From an uncultured Candidatus Binatia bacterium (lineage in GTDB: Bacteria > Desulfobacterota > Binatia > Bin18): 64,000 nucleotides of DNA. Position numbers and translations under genes: made by a program. Positions within the stretch are counted from its first letter, which is position 1. Every line of letters begins with the position of its first letter. The DNA lies in the NCBI GenBank assembly GCA_965214605.1, contig OZ243961.1, positions 2,144,001 to 2,208,000 on the forward strand. Reading direction: 5' to 3'. The notes under the pieces are model-generated. The model did no database searches. It was not told the DNA's origin and saw nothing but the letters and a program-made list of their open reading frames with translations. Shown in pieces: positions 36,847 to 47,953 of this stretch.

Positions 36847-37863
36847 CTAGTCTGCCTTCCGCGCCAATACCAGACCGGTGAAGGCCGGCGGCGGTAGGCT
36901 TGTCTTCTGCCCATCGACAAAGCCCGCATCGTGTAGCCAGCCCATGATCTCTTCGCCCGGATAAGCCTCCCCATCGGGAAAGACCAGCATCATAAACAGC
37001 GAGAAGACCGCTGGTTGAACTGGCTCTATCAGATTTGGCTCGGGCATAATGCCGTGAATGAGGATCCGACCGCCGGCCTCCAAGGCATCGAAGGCTTTAC
37101 CGAGTACCATCTTGCAGGTCTCGCGGCCCTCGGTTTGGAGCATATTAGACAGCAAAATCGTGTCATAGCCGTGGCCAAAGTCATCGCTGAAATAGTTGCC
37201 CTCCTGAACCCGGACCCGAGTGGCCATTCCCTCCCGCGCAATAATTTCTCGGGTGCGTCGCAAAATAGGTGGCAGGTCAAACACCGTGGCGGCGAGCTGT
37301 GGAAACGCTTGGCAGAAGCGAATCGAGTACACTCCCGACCCGCCCGCGACGTCGAGCAGGCGGCGAGACTGCTGCAAATCCACTAGGCTGCTGATCCGCT
37401 CAGCCAGGCCTTTGCCCAACTCAAACAGCCCGTGCACATAATTATCCAGCACTTCAACTGGAGCGTGCTCAAGCGCTGTGCCGGTCAAGGACAAGACGGG
37501 CCTATCAGTGCGAACGGCCTCGGCCAGTTTTCCCCAGGCCTGGTAACGGTCGCTTGTCTGTTTGAGCATATTCCCCACGTAACCCGGCCTGTCTTTGACC
37601 AGAAAGGCAGCGGCTAGTGGCGAGTTGCGGTAACGCTCTGCCTCTTTGGTTACAAATCCCAGCGCCGCGGTAGCGTTGAGCAGACGTGCGACACCGCGTA
37701 GGGGCAGGCCGGTGTGGGCGGCTAGCTCGGCGGCCGTCATCGGTCCGCTAGCCAGCGGAGAGAACAGGTCTAACTGTGCAGCCCCTAAAACAATCGCCGC
37801 CTGCTCAAATCCATTCACAATCTTCATGAAGTCCGGCATCTCGGCCGGGAGCGGTTCAACCAT
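36847..37863 (-). CDS. SAM-dependent O-methyltransferase (Methyltransf_2 with dimerisation domain)
   Basis: LDLFSPL, LDVAGGSG, FDLP, GNYF; GGGAGG-like RBS before 37863. Confidence 0.9.
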   Translation of the reverse strand: MVEPLPAEMPDFMKIVNGFEQAAIVLGAAQLDLFSPLASGPMTAAELAAHTGLPLRGVARLLNATAALGFVTKEAERYRNSPLAAAFLVKDRPGYVGNMLKQTSDRYQAWGKLAEAVRTDRPVLSLTGTALEHAPVEVLDNYVHGLFELGKGLAERISSLVDLQQSRRLLDVAGGSGVYSIRFCQAFPQLAATVFDLPPILRRTREIIAREGMATRVRVQEGNYFSDDFGHGYDTILLSNMLQTEGRETCKMVLGKAFDALEAGGRILIHGIMPEPNLIEPVQPAVFSLFMMLVFPDGEAYPGEEIMGWLHDAGFVDGQKTSLPPPAFTGLVLARKAD

Positions 37864-37959
37864 AACTTCCCTCCTGCCTCTGCACTTCTCGCCAGCCTCC
37901 ATTGCACTCGCTGACAGCGTCGTTATAGTGACACGAAATCCGCAAAGGAGTCTAGGCTG

Positions 37960-38286
37960 ATGATTAGTATTGAGGAATTTGGCCATGTTGAGCTGAGGGT
38001 GGCGACCATCATAGCGGCCGACCCCCACCCCAACGCCGATCGCCTGTTGATTCTCAAGGTTGATCTAGGCGACGAACAACGTCAGCTTGTCGCCGGACTT
38101 CGCACCCACTACACGACGGAGGAATTGGTCGGCAAACAGATCGTTGTGGTAACCAATCTTCAGCCAGCAAACCTGCGTGGCATTGAGAGTCAGGGGATGC
38201 TTCTAGCCACAAGCGACACCAATACCGGCGGTGTGATCATCTTAAGCCCGGAAAAACAGGTTGCCCCGGGCTCCAAAGTGTCATAA
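37960..38286 (+). CDS. Stand-alone tRNA-binding OB domain (MetRS beta subunit / CsaA-like)
   Basis: ELRVATI....HPNADRLL.LKVDLG, NLQPA.LRGIESQGMLLA. Confidence 0.9.
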   Translation: MISIEEFGHVELRVATIIAADPHPNADRLLILKVDLGDEQRQLVAGLRTHYTTEELVGKQIVVVTNLQPANLRGIESQGMLLATSDTNTGGVIILSPEKQVAPGSKVS

Positions 38287-38299
38287 TCACGACCATTCA

Positions 38300-39830
38300 T
38301 CTGGAACCTGAACTGTTCTCCCATAAATAGCCCGTACTCAGACGACGTCAGCGAGCAGGGGGCTAAGCAAGAACATTAGGAAGCGATTCGAGTGATGCCT
38401 TCGATGAGGCCGAGACGGGCATTGTTGCCTCCCTCCGGGAGAACATGCCAGCGAGTGAGACGTCGTCATTCAGGCGTTGTTGGAAAGGGTGAGGTTGCTC
38501 GCTTAGTTTCAATTCCAAACGGACCTCAGTACGGACTCCGCTTAGCGACGCGCCGGTTTTCACTCGGCAGGTCGGACAGTTGACCAAACCCCGCCATCCA
38601 GAGGACTTGCTTTGCATTGACGAGTGGTTCGATCAGCCTTGTTGACGCTGCTCTTGAGGGTGCAGGTTTGTTTCATGTCCTAGGCAGATATTCTTCATTG
38701 TACCTGTCGAGAAAGACCTCCCTCAATTCATCGTTCTCCGTATCTGTATTTCTCAAATTCCAGGAAAAGCCTCTCACAAAGCTACCCCATTCTTGTCGAG
38801 AACGCCTTCGACCGACTCCGTACCCTTTTCGAGAATCGACTTCGTGAAGCGATCGAGGAACTGCTTCGTGAGCGCGGAGTTGGTTGTCAGCGGACATCGT
38901 TCACTGCTGTTCATCCAACACGAAATGACGGGCCGCCACGAGAGCGACTCACCTTGGGTCAAATGCTCCGAGCACACTGCTCCTTCTACGCCTCAAGGGC
39001 GTCGATGATCTGAGTGTCCGTGTTCTCATTAGTGCATCTCAAGTGCCGAGGCCGGGCACGGTTTGAGAGCGCCGTCCATCATCTTTGATGCAGTATCAGA
39101 TCGTGCGCAACGGCCGCATGAGGTGCTTCGCCCGGTCTGCATCCTGGGCCCGAGCTTGTCTTTCCCGACCCGCATCTCAGACAGCTCGACGAACTGCCTG
39201 CGGATCTTCTGCGTGGTGATGGCGTAGGCTGGGCTTGATGAACTTCCGCATGTGGTTCTCCATCTCCGCGCGCCTTGCCCGCTTGGCGTGGTCAGAACGG
39301 ACGGTCACAATAGGCGTCGAGAGCACCTGTTCGAGGGTGGGCGCGATTTCGACGACCTGATACGGGCTCATGATCCAAGAGCAGCGTTGCGTGGGTCCGA
39401 TACGGAGCGGTCGGGGTAGCGACCGAGGCGGGTGCGTTCAGCCTTTTTGTCGGACAACAGAGCAACGTTCTTAGCAGTCATTTTATAGTGCTCCTTGGCA
39501 GCAAAACTACAGCAGACATGCACCGTACGATGTTGCAAGCTCTCGCGCGGAAATCGAAATTGTCGAGGAATACCAGGAACTTTTCAGGATTCAGGCCGAG
39601 AGAATTCGATAGGCAAATCTCAATCGCGAGCTTGTCTGCACGGCTCGAACATGGGCCGAAATACTCCAAGAGCACTTCTCTATCGGCCTTGATGAGTCTG
39701 CTGGCAACGTCGCACTTCGCTGTTATAGGCTCTTACTCTGTCTGTTGCTCAGAGGTGGAAAGAGAGGCTTTTCTGAGCACCGTCAACTGTGCCCTCAATC
39801 AAGAAAAGGCACCGGCACCCTGGTCGCTCT
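38300..39830. other. Non-coding/decayed segment with fragmented minus-strand ORFs
   Basis: No long protein-like ORF; broken frames; partly lower GC by eye. Confidence 0.45.
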
Positions 39831-39890
39831 TCACCAAGCCCCTCGTCAAACGCTTGGGGGGAGCCTTCACCGGTTCGGGGTGGGGCCGGC

Positions 39891-40274
39891 CTACTCCTTG
39901 CTGGCGAACCGATCAATGCTGATCACTGCCCGTTCGTGCGTGCCTTCCCCAATTTTAGTGCCGTCCTCGTTGTAGGCTTTGACCGTGAACTTGAGACGCC
40001 GGCCTTTGATTTCAGTCAGAGTGACCTTGCCGGTGACTTTCTGGCCGATCGGGGTCGGAGCCAAGTGTCTGACATCAATGTGAAAGCCGACCGTCTGCTC
40101 GCCGGCGTCCATGTGAGGCGTCAGGAACTCGACACAGGTGCCCTCCATAAGCTGGATCATAGCCGGAGTTGAATACATCTGCGGAGCGTCCGGCCCAAGG
40201 TGGACAATACCCATGTCTGGAGTGGTGGTGATCGTCCGTTCTGAGGCCATACCGGTTTTGAGCGAGTCTTTCAT
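39891..40274 (-). CDS. FlK-like hotdog-fold thioesterase
   Basis: YSTPAMIQLME, TVG..IDVRHLAPTPIG, IGEGTHERAVI. Confidence 0.92.
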   Translation of the reverse strand: MKDSLKTGMASERTITTTPDMGIVHLGPDAPQMYSTPAMIQLMEGTCVEFLTPHMDAGEQTVGFHIDVRHLAPTPIGQKVTGKVTLTEIKGRRLKFTVKAYNEDGTKIGEGTHERAVISIDRFASKE

Positions 40275-40292
40275 GCGCGCTTCCTCTTTTGG

Positions 40293-41375
40293 TTATGGGA
40301 CCAGGGCGGCCCGAGTAATCTCCTTGCGGTCGGACTTGTCCATTGCTTCGGCCGCATTCTTCAGGGGAAACTCGGCGTCAACCAGTTCATGATATGGGTA
40401 TTGGTCAATATGCTCGGCCAAAAACTGCAAGGCTCTGTGGAGATAGTGGGGGTTATAGGTGGCTACCCCAACAACCGAGATGGATTTGAAGGTGATCAGC
40501 GATGGTGAGATTGTCGCTTGCAGACCCATGGAAATGTTGCCCAGCTCGGCAATCCGTCCGCCGCTCCGAACCAGCTGAATGGCCTCCTCAAAAGCAGCCG
40601 GTACCCCGGCTACTTCCAGGACCACGTCCGGTCCAAGCCCATCGGTCAGTTCCCGGACCCGCACCGTACGGTCTTTGACGGAGGGATATTCGCGCAGGTC
40701 AATCACCTCATCGGCCCCAAACGTCTTAGCCCGCTGTAAACGCAGATCAACCCCATCAATGGCGATCACCCGCGCTCCACGAGCCTTGGCCACTGCCATG
40801 GCGTGCAACCCCAGGCCACCTGCTCCCTGGACCACTAGGGTCTCATCGTAGCGCAAGTTGATCCGGTCGAGGCTAAAAAATACCTGTGACAAGGCGCAGT
40901 TAGCCGATGACGCGGCGTGGTCAGGCACATTATCGGGGACTTTGTAGACATGCTGACCAGGGTGGATGTAGTAGTGGGTCGCCCACGGGGTATGAAAATG
41001 CGGCGCTTCATCGGGAATCAGCCGTTTGGCGCGGATGCTCAGCCCGGTACAGGCCGCAGCATTGCCCTCCCGGCAGTTGACACATAGGCCACACACCCGG
41101 TAGTAGACCGGGGCCACCCGGTCGCCCTCCTTGAGCGGCTGGCCAGCGGTATCACTCGTTACGCCCTTGCCCAGACTATGCACCCGGCCGACCATTTCAT
41201 GCCCAGGCATAGCACCCCGTCTGCCAAACTCTCCCCGCCACATGTGGACCTCGGAGCCGCACACATTGGTCCGTGTCACCTCAGCCAGCAGTGCTCCAGG
41301 CTCGGGCTGGGGGACATCGTACTCGTAAAAGTCAATTTTTCGGGCTTCAGGAATAAAGCTGACCGTACCTTTCAC
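40293..41375 (-). CDS. Zinc-binding alcohol dehydrogenase family protein
   Basis: VCGSEVH, GHEMVG, CGLCVNC...C, QGAGGLG. Confidence 0.92.
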   Translation of the reverse strand: MKGTVSFIPEARKIDFYEYDVPQPEPGALLAEVTRTNVCGSEVHMWRGEFGRRGAMPGHEMVGRVHSLGKGVTSDTAGQPLKEGDRVAPVYYRVCGLCVNCREGNAAACTGLSIRAKRLIPDEAPHFHTPWATHYYIHPGQHVYKVPDNVPDHAASSANCALSQVFFSLDRINLRYDETLVVQGAGGLGLHAMAVAKARGARVIAIDGVDLRLQRAKTFGADEVIDLREYPSVKDRTVRVRELTDGLGPDVVLEVAGVPAAFEEAIQLVRSGGRIAELGNISMGLQATISPSLITFKSISVVGVATYNPHYLHRALQFLAEHIDQYPYHELVDAEFPLKNAAEAMDKSDRKEITRAALVP

Positions 41376-41390
41376 AACTTCTTCTCCTTA

Positions 41391-43055
41391 TCAGATGAAC
41401 GACGGAGCCCGATACTCACCAAAGACATTCCGTAATCGGTCAGAAATCTCTCCCAGAGTGGCATACACGCGTACCGCGCCAATCAGCACCGGCATCAGAT
41501 TGCCTCCATCGCGGGCGGTCGATTCGACTTTATCCAAAGCCGCTTGGACGGCGGCCTGGTTTCGTTCGGCCCGCACTGCGGCGAGTTTTTCCTGTTGGCG
41601 CTTTTCGAGACGCAGATCGATTTTGAGCAACTCGTCACCGGACCCTTCTTCGACGGTGAAGTCGTTCACTCCGACGATAATTTGGTCCTTGCACTCAATT
41701 GCCTGGTGGGCGTGGAAAGCCGCGTCGTGAATCTCGCGCTGCTGATACCCGGCCTCAATGGCTTCGACAGCACCGCCTAGCTTATCGATATGCTCAATAT
41801 ACTCGACTGCTTGAGCTTCTAACTCGTTGGTCAGTGATTCCACGTAGTAAGAGCCGGCGAGCGGATCAATCGTATCGGCCGCGCCCGATTCATGCGCAAT
41901 GACCTGTTGGGTGCGCAGGGCAATCCGCACCGCGTCCTCGGTCGGCAGAGCTAAGGCTTCGTCTTTTGAGTTCGTATGCAAGGAGTTCGTGCCACCCAAC
42001 ACGCCGGCTAGGGCCTGAAGCGTCACCCGGATGATGTTATTGTCCGGCTGCTGAGCGGTTAAGGTAGAGCCTGCGGTTTGGGCGTGGGTGCGTAACATCC
42101 ATGAACGAGGGTTTTTGGCTCCGAAGCGTTCTTTCATAATGGTCGCCCACAGACGGCGGGCAGCCCTGAATTTGGCCACTTCCTCAAAGATATTGTTATG
42201 TACGTTAAAGAAAAAAGATAAGCGCCCGGCAAATGTATCTACGTCTAAGTCGACCGACAGCGCGGCATCGACATAGGCAATGGCATCGGCTAGGGTAAAG
42301 GCAATTTCCTGGGCGGCGGTCGAACCGGCCTCACGGATGTGGTACCCTGAGATGGAGATCGTATTCCAGTTCGGAACATGATCGGCGCAGAAGGCAAAAA
42401 TGTCCGTGATAATCCGTAGCGACGGACCCGGTGGATAGATATACGTCCCCCGGGCAATATACTCTTTGAGCAGATCATTCTGGACTGTTCCGTTGACCTT
42501 GTCCCAGGCGACACCCTGTTTTTCGGCTACGACCAGGTAGAGGGCCAGCAGAATGGCCGCGGTCGAGTTAATCGTCATCGCCGTGCTGACCTTATCAAGC
42601 GGAATGTCGTTCAGCAGGGTTTCCATATCGGCCAGCGAATCAATCGCCACTCCAGCTCGACCGACCTCGCCGGCGGCCAGCACATGGTCTGAATCGCGAC
42701 CCATTTGAGTCGGTAGATCAAAGGCGACCGATAAGCCAGTCTGGCCTTGGTCCAACAAATAGCGATAGCGCTCGTTCGACTTTTCAGCCGTGCCAAAGCC
42801 GGCGTACTGGCGCATGGTCCAGAACCGTCCACGATACATGGTCGGCTGAACGCCACGGGTGAAAGGGTATTGGCCTGGAAAGCCGAGGGCCTCCTGGTAG
42901 TTGTGAGCGGCCGTATCAGCAGCGGTATACAACCGTTTGATGGGAACGCCGGACGAGGTCTGGAAGGTGCCTTTGCGTTCCGGTGCTCTGGACAGGGCTT
43001 TTTTCAGTGTCGAATCTTCCCATTCTTGGTATGCCTTAGCAAGGGGTGTACTCAT
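41391..43055 (-). CDS. Methylmalonyl-CoA mutase, substrate-binding (large) subunit
   Basis: WTMRQYAGF (Tyr) and KEYIARGTY (Arg) match MCM specificity residues; [11 protein letters not shown]; no B12-binding domain. Confidence 0.93.
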   Translation of the reverse strand: MSTPLAKAYQEWEDSTLKKALSRAPERKGTFQTSSGVPIKRLYTAADTAAHNYQEALGFPGQYPFTRGVQPTMYRGRFWTMRQYAGFGTAEKSNERYRYLLDQGQTGLSVAFDLPTQMGRDSDHVLAAGEVGRAGVAIDSLADMETLLNDIPLDKVSTAMTINSTAAILLALYLVVAEKQGVAWDKVNGTVQNDLLKEYIARGTYIYPPGPSLRIITDIFAFCADHVPNWNTISISGYHIREAGSTAAQEIAFTLADAIAYVDAALSVDLDVDTFAGRLSFFFNVHNNIFEEVAKFRAARRLWATIMKERFGAKNPRSWMLRTHAQTAGSTLTAQQPDNNIIRVTLQALAGVLGGTNSLHTNSKDEALALPTEDAVRIALRTQQVIAHESGAADTIDPLAGSYYVESLTNELEAQAVEYIEHIDKLGGAVEAIEAGYQQREIHDAAFHAHQAIECKDQIIVGVNDFTVEEGSGDELLKIDLRLEKRQQEKLAAVRAERNQAAVQAALDKVESTARDGGNLMPVLIGAVRVYATLGEISDRLRNVFGEYRAPSFI

Positions 43056-43155
43056 AGTGCCTCTCACATGCGACGAAAGGGGGGAGGTTTTCCACCTACC
43101 CATCCTCAAATTGGCGCGCCTCTTGCCTACCCCAAATCTTGCACCGAGACAAGTG

Positions 43156-43539
43156 TCAGGATGAGGCGGACGATGCCTGAAAACTCACCCGGAGCAGCGT
43201 GGTGGACGCTTGGGGAGCGGTGTTTTCTTCTGCAGAGTAGATTGTTCCGAGTGCGGTCAGCTTATCCCGCAGTTCGGACAGAAGTGGGGTCGGCAGGGAG
43301 ATAACGAGGAGACCGTCTTGGGCTTTGACCAGCACAACGCCGGCCATCTGGGTCACCGTCGCCTTGGCTCGGGAGTGCAGGGCAACCGGGTCGCTTCCAG
43401 ACAGCTGCCAGCTGCGCGTTTGAATAATGCTTGAGCTGCCCTCAGGATAGACCGACTCCTCGGCCCAGCTAAAAGCGCCGGCCGTCAGAATGTCTATGGT
43501 CAAGCAGAGATAGATAAACGTTTGGAACAATGCACACAT
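43156..43539 (-). CDS. Hypothetical exported/membrane-anchored protein
   Basis: Hydrophobic N-terminus, AGGAG RBS, co-directional with the operon. Confidence 0.55.
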   Translation of the reverse strand: MCALFQTFIYLCLTIDILTAGAFSWAEESVYPEGSSSIIQTRSWQLSGSDPVALHSRAKATVTQMAGVVLVKAQDGLLVISLPTPLLSELRDKLTALGTIYSAEENTAPQASTTLLRVSFQASSASS

Positions 43540-44224
43540 GTCAAGCTCCTATCCAAAATTCACGCCAATATATAATTGGCGGGCACCGTCGCGTCCAGTT
43601 TTTCTGCAGCACGGCGGCGCCCCCCAGTTCTCGTCCAAGACCAGCAGCGTGGGGCTCAGATACTGAACCCTACGCTGGGTGAGTTCCGGAAACCCATAGC
43701 CGACCATGGCCAGATTCAACCTATGTCCGCAGGCGGTCTCGCGCACCCCGAGAGTCAAGCATTGAACTTTTCCGCTCCCTCGAACGTTCGAGTAGTCTTG
43801 AGAATGACACTCGCGGTCTGCTCGGGGAAGCGACAACATCCCGACCGATTCTGCCCGCCAATAGGCCGGGCCGATCCAGCCAATGGAGGCCAACAGCATA
43901 GGCGGCGGGAGCGGCTTATAGGCATCAATCACAAACGGAAACCCCACCCGACCAGACTCCGTCCGGTCGGTTTGTAGGCTCTGTCCTTCAATCCCGCCTC
44001 CACGCGCTTCGTCCATCAGCAAACACACCGCCTCACCACGAACCAGAGACGGATGGAGGCGACAGCGGACTCTGACCGGTCAACATCGGCAGGTGGAATC
44101 GTACGGGGACCAGTCAGCGGGTCGTTCGACAGGCGTATGCCTGAGCGGAGAATCTGCATAACCTCGGTCAGAGCCGATCTGGAGTCCGGCACCTCGACCC
44201 GCGGGGGCGGCATGGGAATCTCCT

Positions 44225-46057
44225 CTAAGCGCTCACTCGGCTGCTCAAAGAGTCTGAAGAGGAGTCCGGAAAGGGGTAGTTCCGCTCAAGTTGCTTGATA
44301 ATATCCCCGACCACCCCCAGGAGGCTTGGCATGTCGCCCTCAGCCGTCCCCAGTGCAAAACGCACCTGCTCACACACGGCGAGGACCTCAGCGATCCGCT
44401 GCACACAGTCGGTCGACACCCCACGCGCAGCAACTGTCTGAACCTCAATCCGGCCCGGCGGTAGATCAAGCTTGGCCGCTAGGTATTCTTGCAGGGTGCG
44501 CGACACCAGCTCATAAAACGCGGCTGGGTCGGGCTGGGCAAGCGTCTTCTCAGCCGCCCTCAGCTCGTGGCGCGCCCGCTTCCCGGCCCGCGCAAAACGC
44601 GCGTAGCGAGCATCCCCTCTGAGACGCCGACGATGGCGGTCGTACCATACGGCCGCGCCAAACAGGCCGAGCGGCACGATATGCCACAGCAAAAAAGCCG
44701 GACTCCGATACCAGACCCGACTGCGGCTGTGTAAGGAGCCAGGCTCGTCTTTAATATACAGAATATCCTGCCCTAGCTGTTCCGTTTGAGCTGACAGCCC
44801 GCCCACTACGCCACCCTGCTGTTGATCGTTGGGTGCGGGACGCAGCGAGAGACCAATCGGTTCGCTAGTGAGTGTCCGGTATTGGGTTGCCTCGGGATCA
44901 AAATAGCTAAAGTGAACTTCTGGAATAGCTTCAAGTGTCTCGTCCTGGGGAATGAGGACCTGCTCAAAGACCGTCGTATCTAGGGCGGATTGATCCATCT
45001 GGGGGGTATAGATCCGAAAACCGTCGGTCTTGACCAAACTCGGCGGTTGGGCGTCGGTCACTTTCCCGTTGCCACTCAGAAGCATGCGCAGGGTAATCGG
45101 GTCGCCAACCTGCAACTGGGTTGGCGCGGCCGTCACATCCATCCTGAACTGTCCAACCACTCCGGAAAACGTGGCTGGTCGGCCATCTTCCGGCAAGGCG
45201 GCAACACGCAGGCTGAGCGTGTTGGAGCGCAGCGTCCGGGGCCAGCGCTCTGTCCCAAAAAAGGAATCGGAAAAAAACCGATCAAACAGATCACGCGAGC
45301 CGTGTGGAGCCCGGCGTATCACGCTCAGTTGGAGCGAGGCCGGACCCAGTTCAATCGTGCCCGCGCGGAGTGGCATGAGCGTCGTCCGAAAGCGCAAGAG
45401 CCGAAACAGCTCGCCCTGGACAGGGTGCCGTTGTCTGACTGGCTCCTCAAATGGCTCAAGCGACACACCGTCTCCGGTCAGAAGCGGATACTGGGCATCG
45501 GCAACGCGCACGCTGCCAACGTATAAGATTACCTCAAGTGGGATGCTCTGGTGCAGAAAGACCTCGTGCTTGGGAGTACTGATCTCAAGCCATATATCCT
45601 CCCCCCTACGGTTTGACTGATTGCTCAGGTCCTGATCTGGTGAGGGCGGTCTGGCGACCGGGCGGCCAGAACGAATATCGACCTCGACTGTTCCCGTCTG
45701 ATACTCCCGCCCCTGGTGTTCGAGGCGAAACGGCCCCAGTGTGAAACGACCCTCTTTGCGCGCCCGCAGCGTGTAGCGATGCCGTACCGAGGCGCTATAC
45801 TGATTGTTGACAATCGACATCTGGGTTGAGGGACCGACATAGCTGGTATCGAACCCGTCGAGCCCGCTCAGCGCGGGCGGCTCAACGTCTTGCGCGCCCT
45901 GGACCTCAATCACTAGCGTCAGTGGCTCTCCCAGCTCGGCCTGTCGGGGTGTAATTTCTACCTCAACCCGAATATCCGCTCGCACCCACGAGACTCCCAG
46001 GCCGAGCAGTAGGACGACCAGCCAGACTCCAGCCGTCCATCGAGTGTGGTTACCCAT
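44225..46057 (-). CDS. batD: BatD family protein
   Basis: Signal peptide, repeated Ig-like segments, FSGVVGQF, GDPITL, FSYFDP, DILYIK + TM; operon context. Confidence 0.85.
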   Translation of the reverse strand: MGNHTRWTAGVWLVVLLLGLGVSWVRADIRVEVEITPRQAELGEPLTLVIEVQGAQDVEPPALSGLDGFDTSYVGPSTQMSIVNNQYSASVRHRYTLRARKEGRFTLGPFRLEHQGREYQTGTVEVDIRSGRPVARPPSPDQDLSNQSNRRGEDIWLEISTPKHEVFLHQSIPLEVILYVGSVRVADAQYPLLTGDGVSLEPFEEPVRQRHPVQGELFRLLRFRTTLMPLRAGTIELGPASLQLSVIRRAPHGSRDLFDRFFSDSFFGTERWPRTLRSNTLSLRVAALPEDGRPATFSGVVGQFRMDVTAAPTQLQVGDPITLRMLLSGNGKVTDAQPPSLVKTDGFRIYTPQMDQSALDTTVFEQVLIPQDETLEAIPEVHFSYFDPEATQYRTLTSEPIGLSLRPAPNDQQQGGVVGGLSAQTEQLGQDILYIKDEPGSLHSRSRVWYRSPAFLLWHIVPLGLFGAAVWYDRHRRRLRGDARYARFARAGKRARHELRAAEKTLAQPDPAAFYELVSRTLQEYLAAKLDLPPGRIEVQTVAARGVSTDCVQRIAEVLAVCEQVRFALGTAEGDMPSLLGVVGDIIKQLERNYPFPDSSSDSLSSRVSA

Positions 46058-46896
46058 TACCAATCCTCCAAAGGCTCGGTCACAACTCCATCCTGCGCTT
46101 GACGGATAAATTCCTCGGCACGCAGCTCTTCGCTTTTTGCAGTGTCGATCAGGGCCGAGGCTTCCTCTTCCGACATGTCAGACTCGTCCGACTGCTGCGG
46201 CGCGCTGCTGCGGCTCTGCTCCCGCCCGGGGGCGGGTTCTTGACGACGGTCGATCAGGGCCGACGGCTGGTCTTGCCGTTGGTCTTGATTGTCGGGCTGG
46301 GCAGGCTGCCTCTCGGGCTGGTGGTGGCCCTGATTCGGCTGTGGCCGGCCGGGCTGGTGGTATTGCAGCTGATTCTGCTGCTGCATCTGGTCTTTGAGCT
46401 GTTCAATTTTTTTGGCCACCACCTCATAGTTGAACTTGGCGTCCTCGTCACTGGGATTAAGGCCGAGCGCCCGGCGATAGGCGCTCAAAGCCGAGGTGTA
46501 GGCTTTGAGCGCGGCCTGGGGCTGAGCGGCTTCCGTCGCCGCTCCAATTTGATACTGAGTATTGCCTAGATTATAGGCCGTCCGGGCGGCGCGGGGCGGC
46601 GCGTCATCCTGGCTGGGCACTCGGGCAAAAGAGGACAGGGCCGCGTCGTAGTTGCCGGCTTTGTAATGTGCAGCCCCCATATTGAAGTTGACCAAGGGAG
46701 AGTCTGGATCATCGACCAAGAGTTCACCGTAACGCGTCAACGCCTCCTCGAACTGTCCGGCCTGAAACAAACGGTTGCCCTCTTCCAGCGCGTCACGTAC
46801 CGGGTCGAGCCAGGCTATGTTACCGACCGCCAGGAGCACAACAAGGGCGTGGGTCACGCCCCTCAGCCCGAGAGCGTATCCGGCGTGTCTCTTCAT
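46057..46896 (-). CDS. batC: BatC-like TPR protein with Gln-rich tail
   Basis: EGNRLF, FNMGAAHYK, YNLGNT.Y, DAKFNYE, Q-rich linker, C-terminal EDW. Confidence 0.85.
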   Translation of the reverse strand: MKRHAGYALGLRGVTHALVVLLAVGNIAWLDPVRDALEEGNRLFQAGQFEEALTRYGELLVDDPDSPLVNFNMGAAHYKAGNYDAALSSFARVPSQDDAPPRAARTAYNLGNTQYQIGAATEAAQPQAALKAYTSALSAYRRALGLNPSDEDAKFNYEVVAKKIEQLKDQMQQQNQLQYHQPGRPQPNQGHHQPERQPAQPDNQDQRQDQPSALIDRRQEPAPGREQSRSSAPQQSDESDMSEEEASALIDTAKSEELRAEEFIRQAQDGVVTEPLEDW

Positions 46897-46909
46897 GTAT
46901 GGCTGCACT

Positions 46910-47953
46910 TCAGTCTCCTTGGGCGGGCGAACCACGGCGACTCACTCCGGGTCTGACTAGAGGGAGCACGGCTTCGAGTCCGAGCAGCACCAAGGCACCG
47001 AATAGCGGCCACTGAAAACGCTGCTGAAAGCGTCGCTCCACGGTACTTGCAAACGCACGCCCTTCGAGGCGATCGACATAACGTCGATACACCTCATCCA
47101 AGCCCAAATTTTGGCTGGCAGCATAAATGTATGCCCCGCCGGTCGTAATGGCTATATCCTGCAGACCCTTGGCATTAAGGCGCGATTTTACAATCCGACC
47201 GTGGCGATCTTTCAAAAACGAGGACTGCCCGTCCTCGCTCACTGCGATCAGCTCTCCTTCTAGAGTACCAATCCCAATCGTATAAATCCGAATCCCCTTG
47301 TCACGCGCCTGTTGGGCGGCAAGCTCGACTCGACCCTCATGATCCTCACCATCTGTTATAATCAGGAGCACGGCGTCCTCGCCGTAGCGGCCCTCAAAGG
47401 CCTCAATTCCGGTCTGAATAGCGGCCGCCAGCGAGGTCCCGCCTTGCGGAATAATCCCGACCTCAAGGGCGTGTAAATTTTCGGCAAACGCCCCATAGTC
47501 CAGGGTCAGGGGGCATTGCACAAAGCCCGAACCAGCAAAGGGCACCAGACCAACCCGATCACCGCGCAGCTGTTGGAGCAGATCCTGGACCGCCAACTTG
47601 GCACGCGCCAGCCGGTTGGGTTTGATATCCTCGGCCAACATGCTGCGGGAAGTGTCGAATGCAATCACAATATCCACCCCGCGTCGCTCAAGGGTTTCCC
47701 AGTAAAACCCCCATTGCGGGCCGGCCAGGGTGACGAGCAGTAGGAACACGACCCCAAGTATCAGACCGGCCCGCCACAGCTGGCGACGATTATCTAGGCT
47801 GGGGGAAAGATCCGGCACTATGGTCTCTAACAGGTGGGCCTGGGCAAAACGCAGTAGCGCACGGCGGCGTTGGAGCAACGCCCACCACAGGCCCGCGCCG
47901 AGCAGTGGCACGAGCGTCAGTAACCATAAAAAATGCGGCGCGCGCCAGTTCAT
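46910..47953 (-). CDS. batB: BatB-like VWA domain protein
   Basis: GPQWG, DTSRSMLAEDIKPNRL, CPLTLDY, TDGEDH. Confidence 0.88.
   Translation of the reverse strand: MNWRAPHFLWLLTLVPLLGAGLWWALLQRRRALLRFAQAHLLETIVPDLSPSLDNRRQLWRAGLILGVVFLLLVTLAGPQWGFYWETLERRGVDIVIAFDTSRSMLAEDIKPNRLARAKLAVQDLLQQLRGDRVGLVPFAGSGFVQCPLTLDYGAFAENLHALEVGIIPQGGTSLAAAIQTGIEAFEGRYGEDAVLLIITDGEDHEGRVELAAQQARDKGIRIYTIGIGTLEGELIAVSEDGQSSFLKDRHGRIVKSRLNAKGLQDIAITTGGAYIYAASQNLGLDEVYRRYVDRLEGRAFASTVERRFQQRFQWPLFGALVLLGLEAVLPLVRPGVSRRGSPAQGD

Noticed and set aside
39177-39371. Resemblance of AEMENHMRKFI to type I restriction HsdR C-termini
   Set aside because: Too short, with no other HsdR motifs; not supportable.
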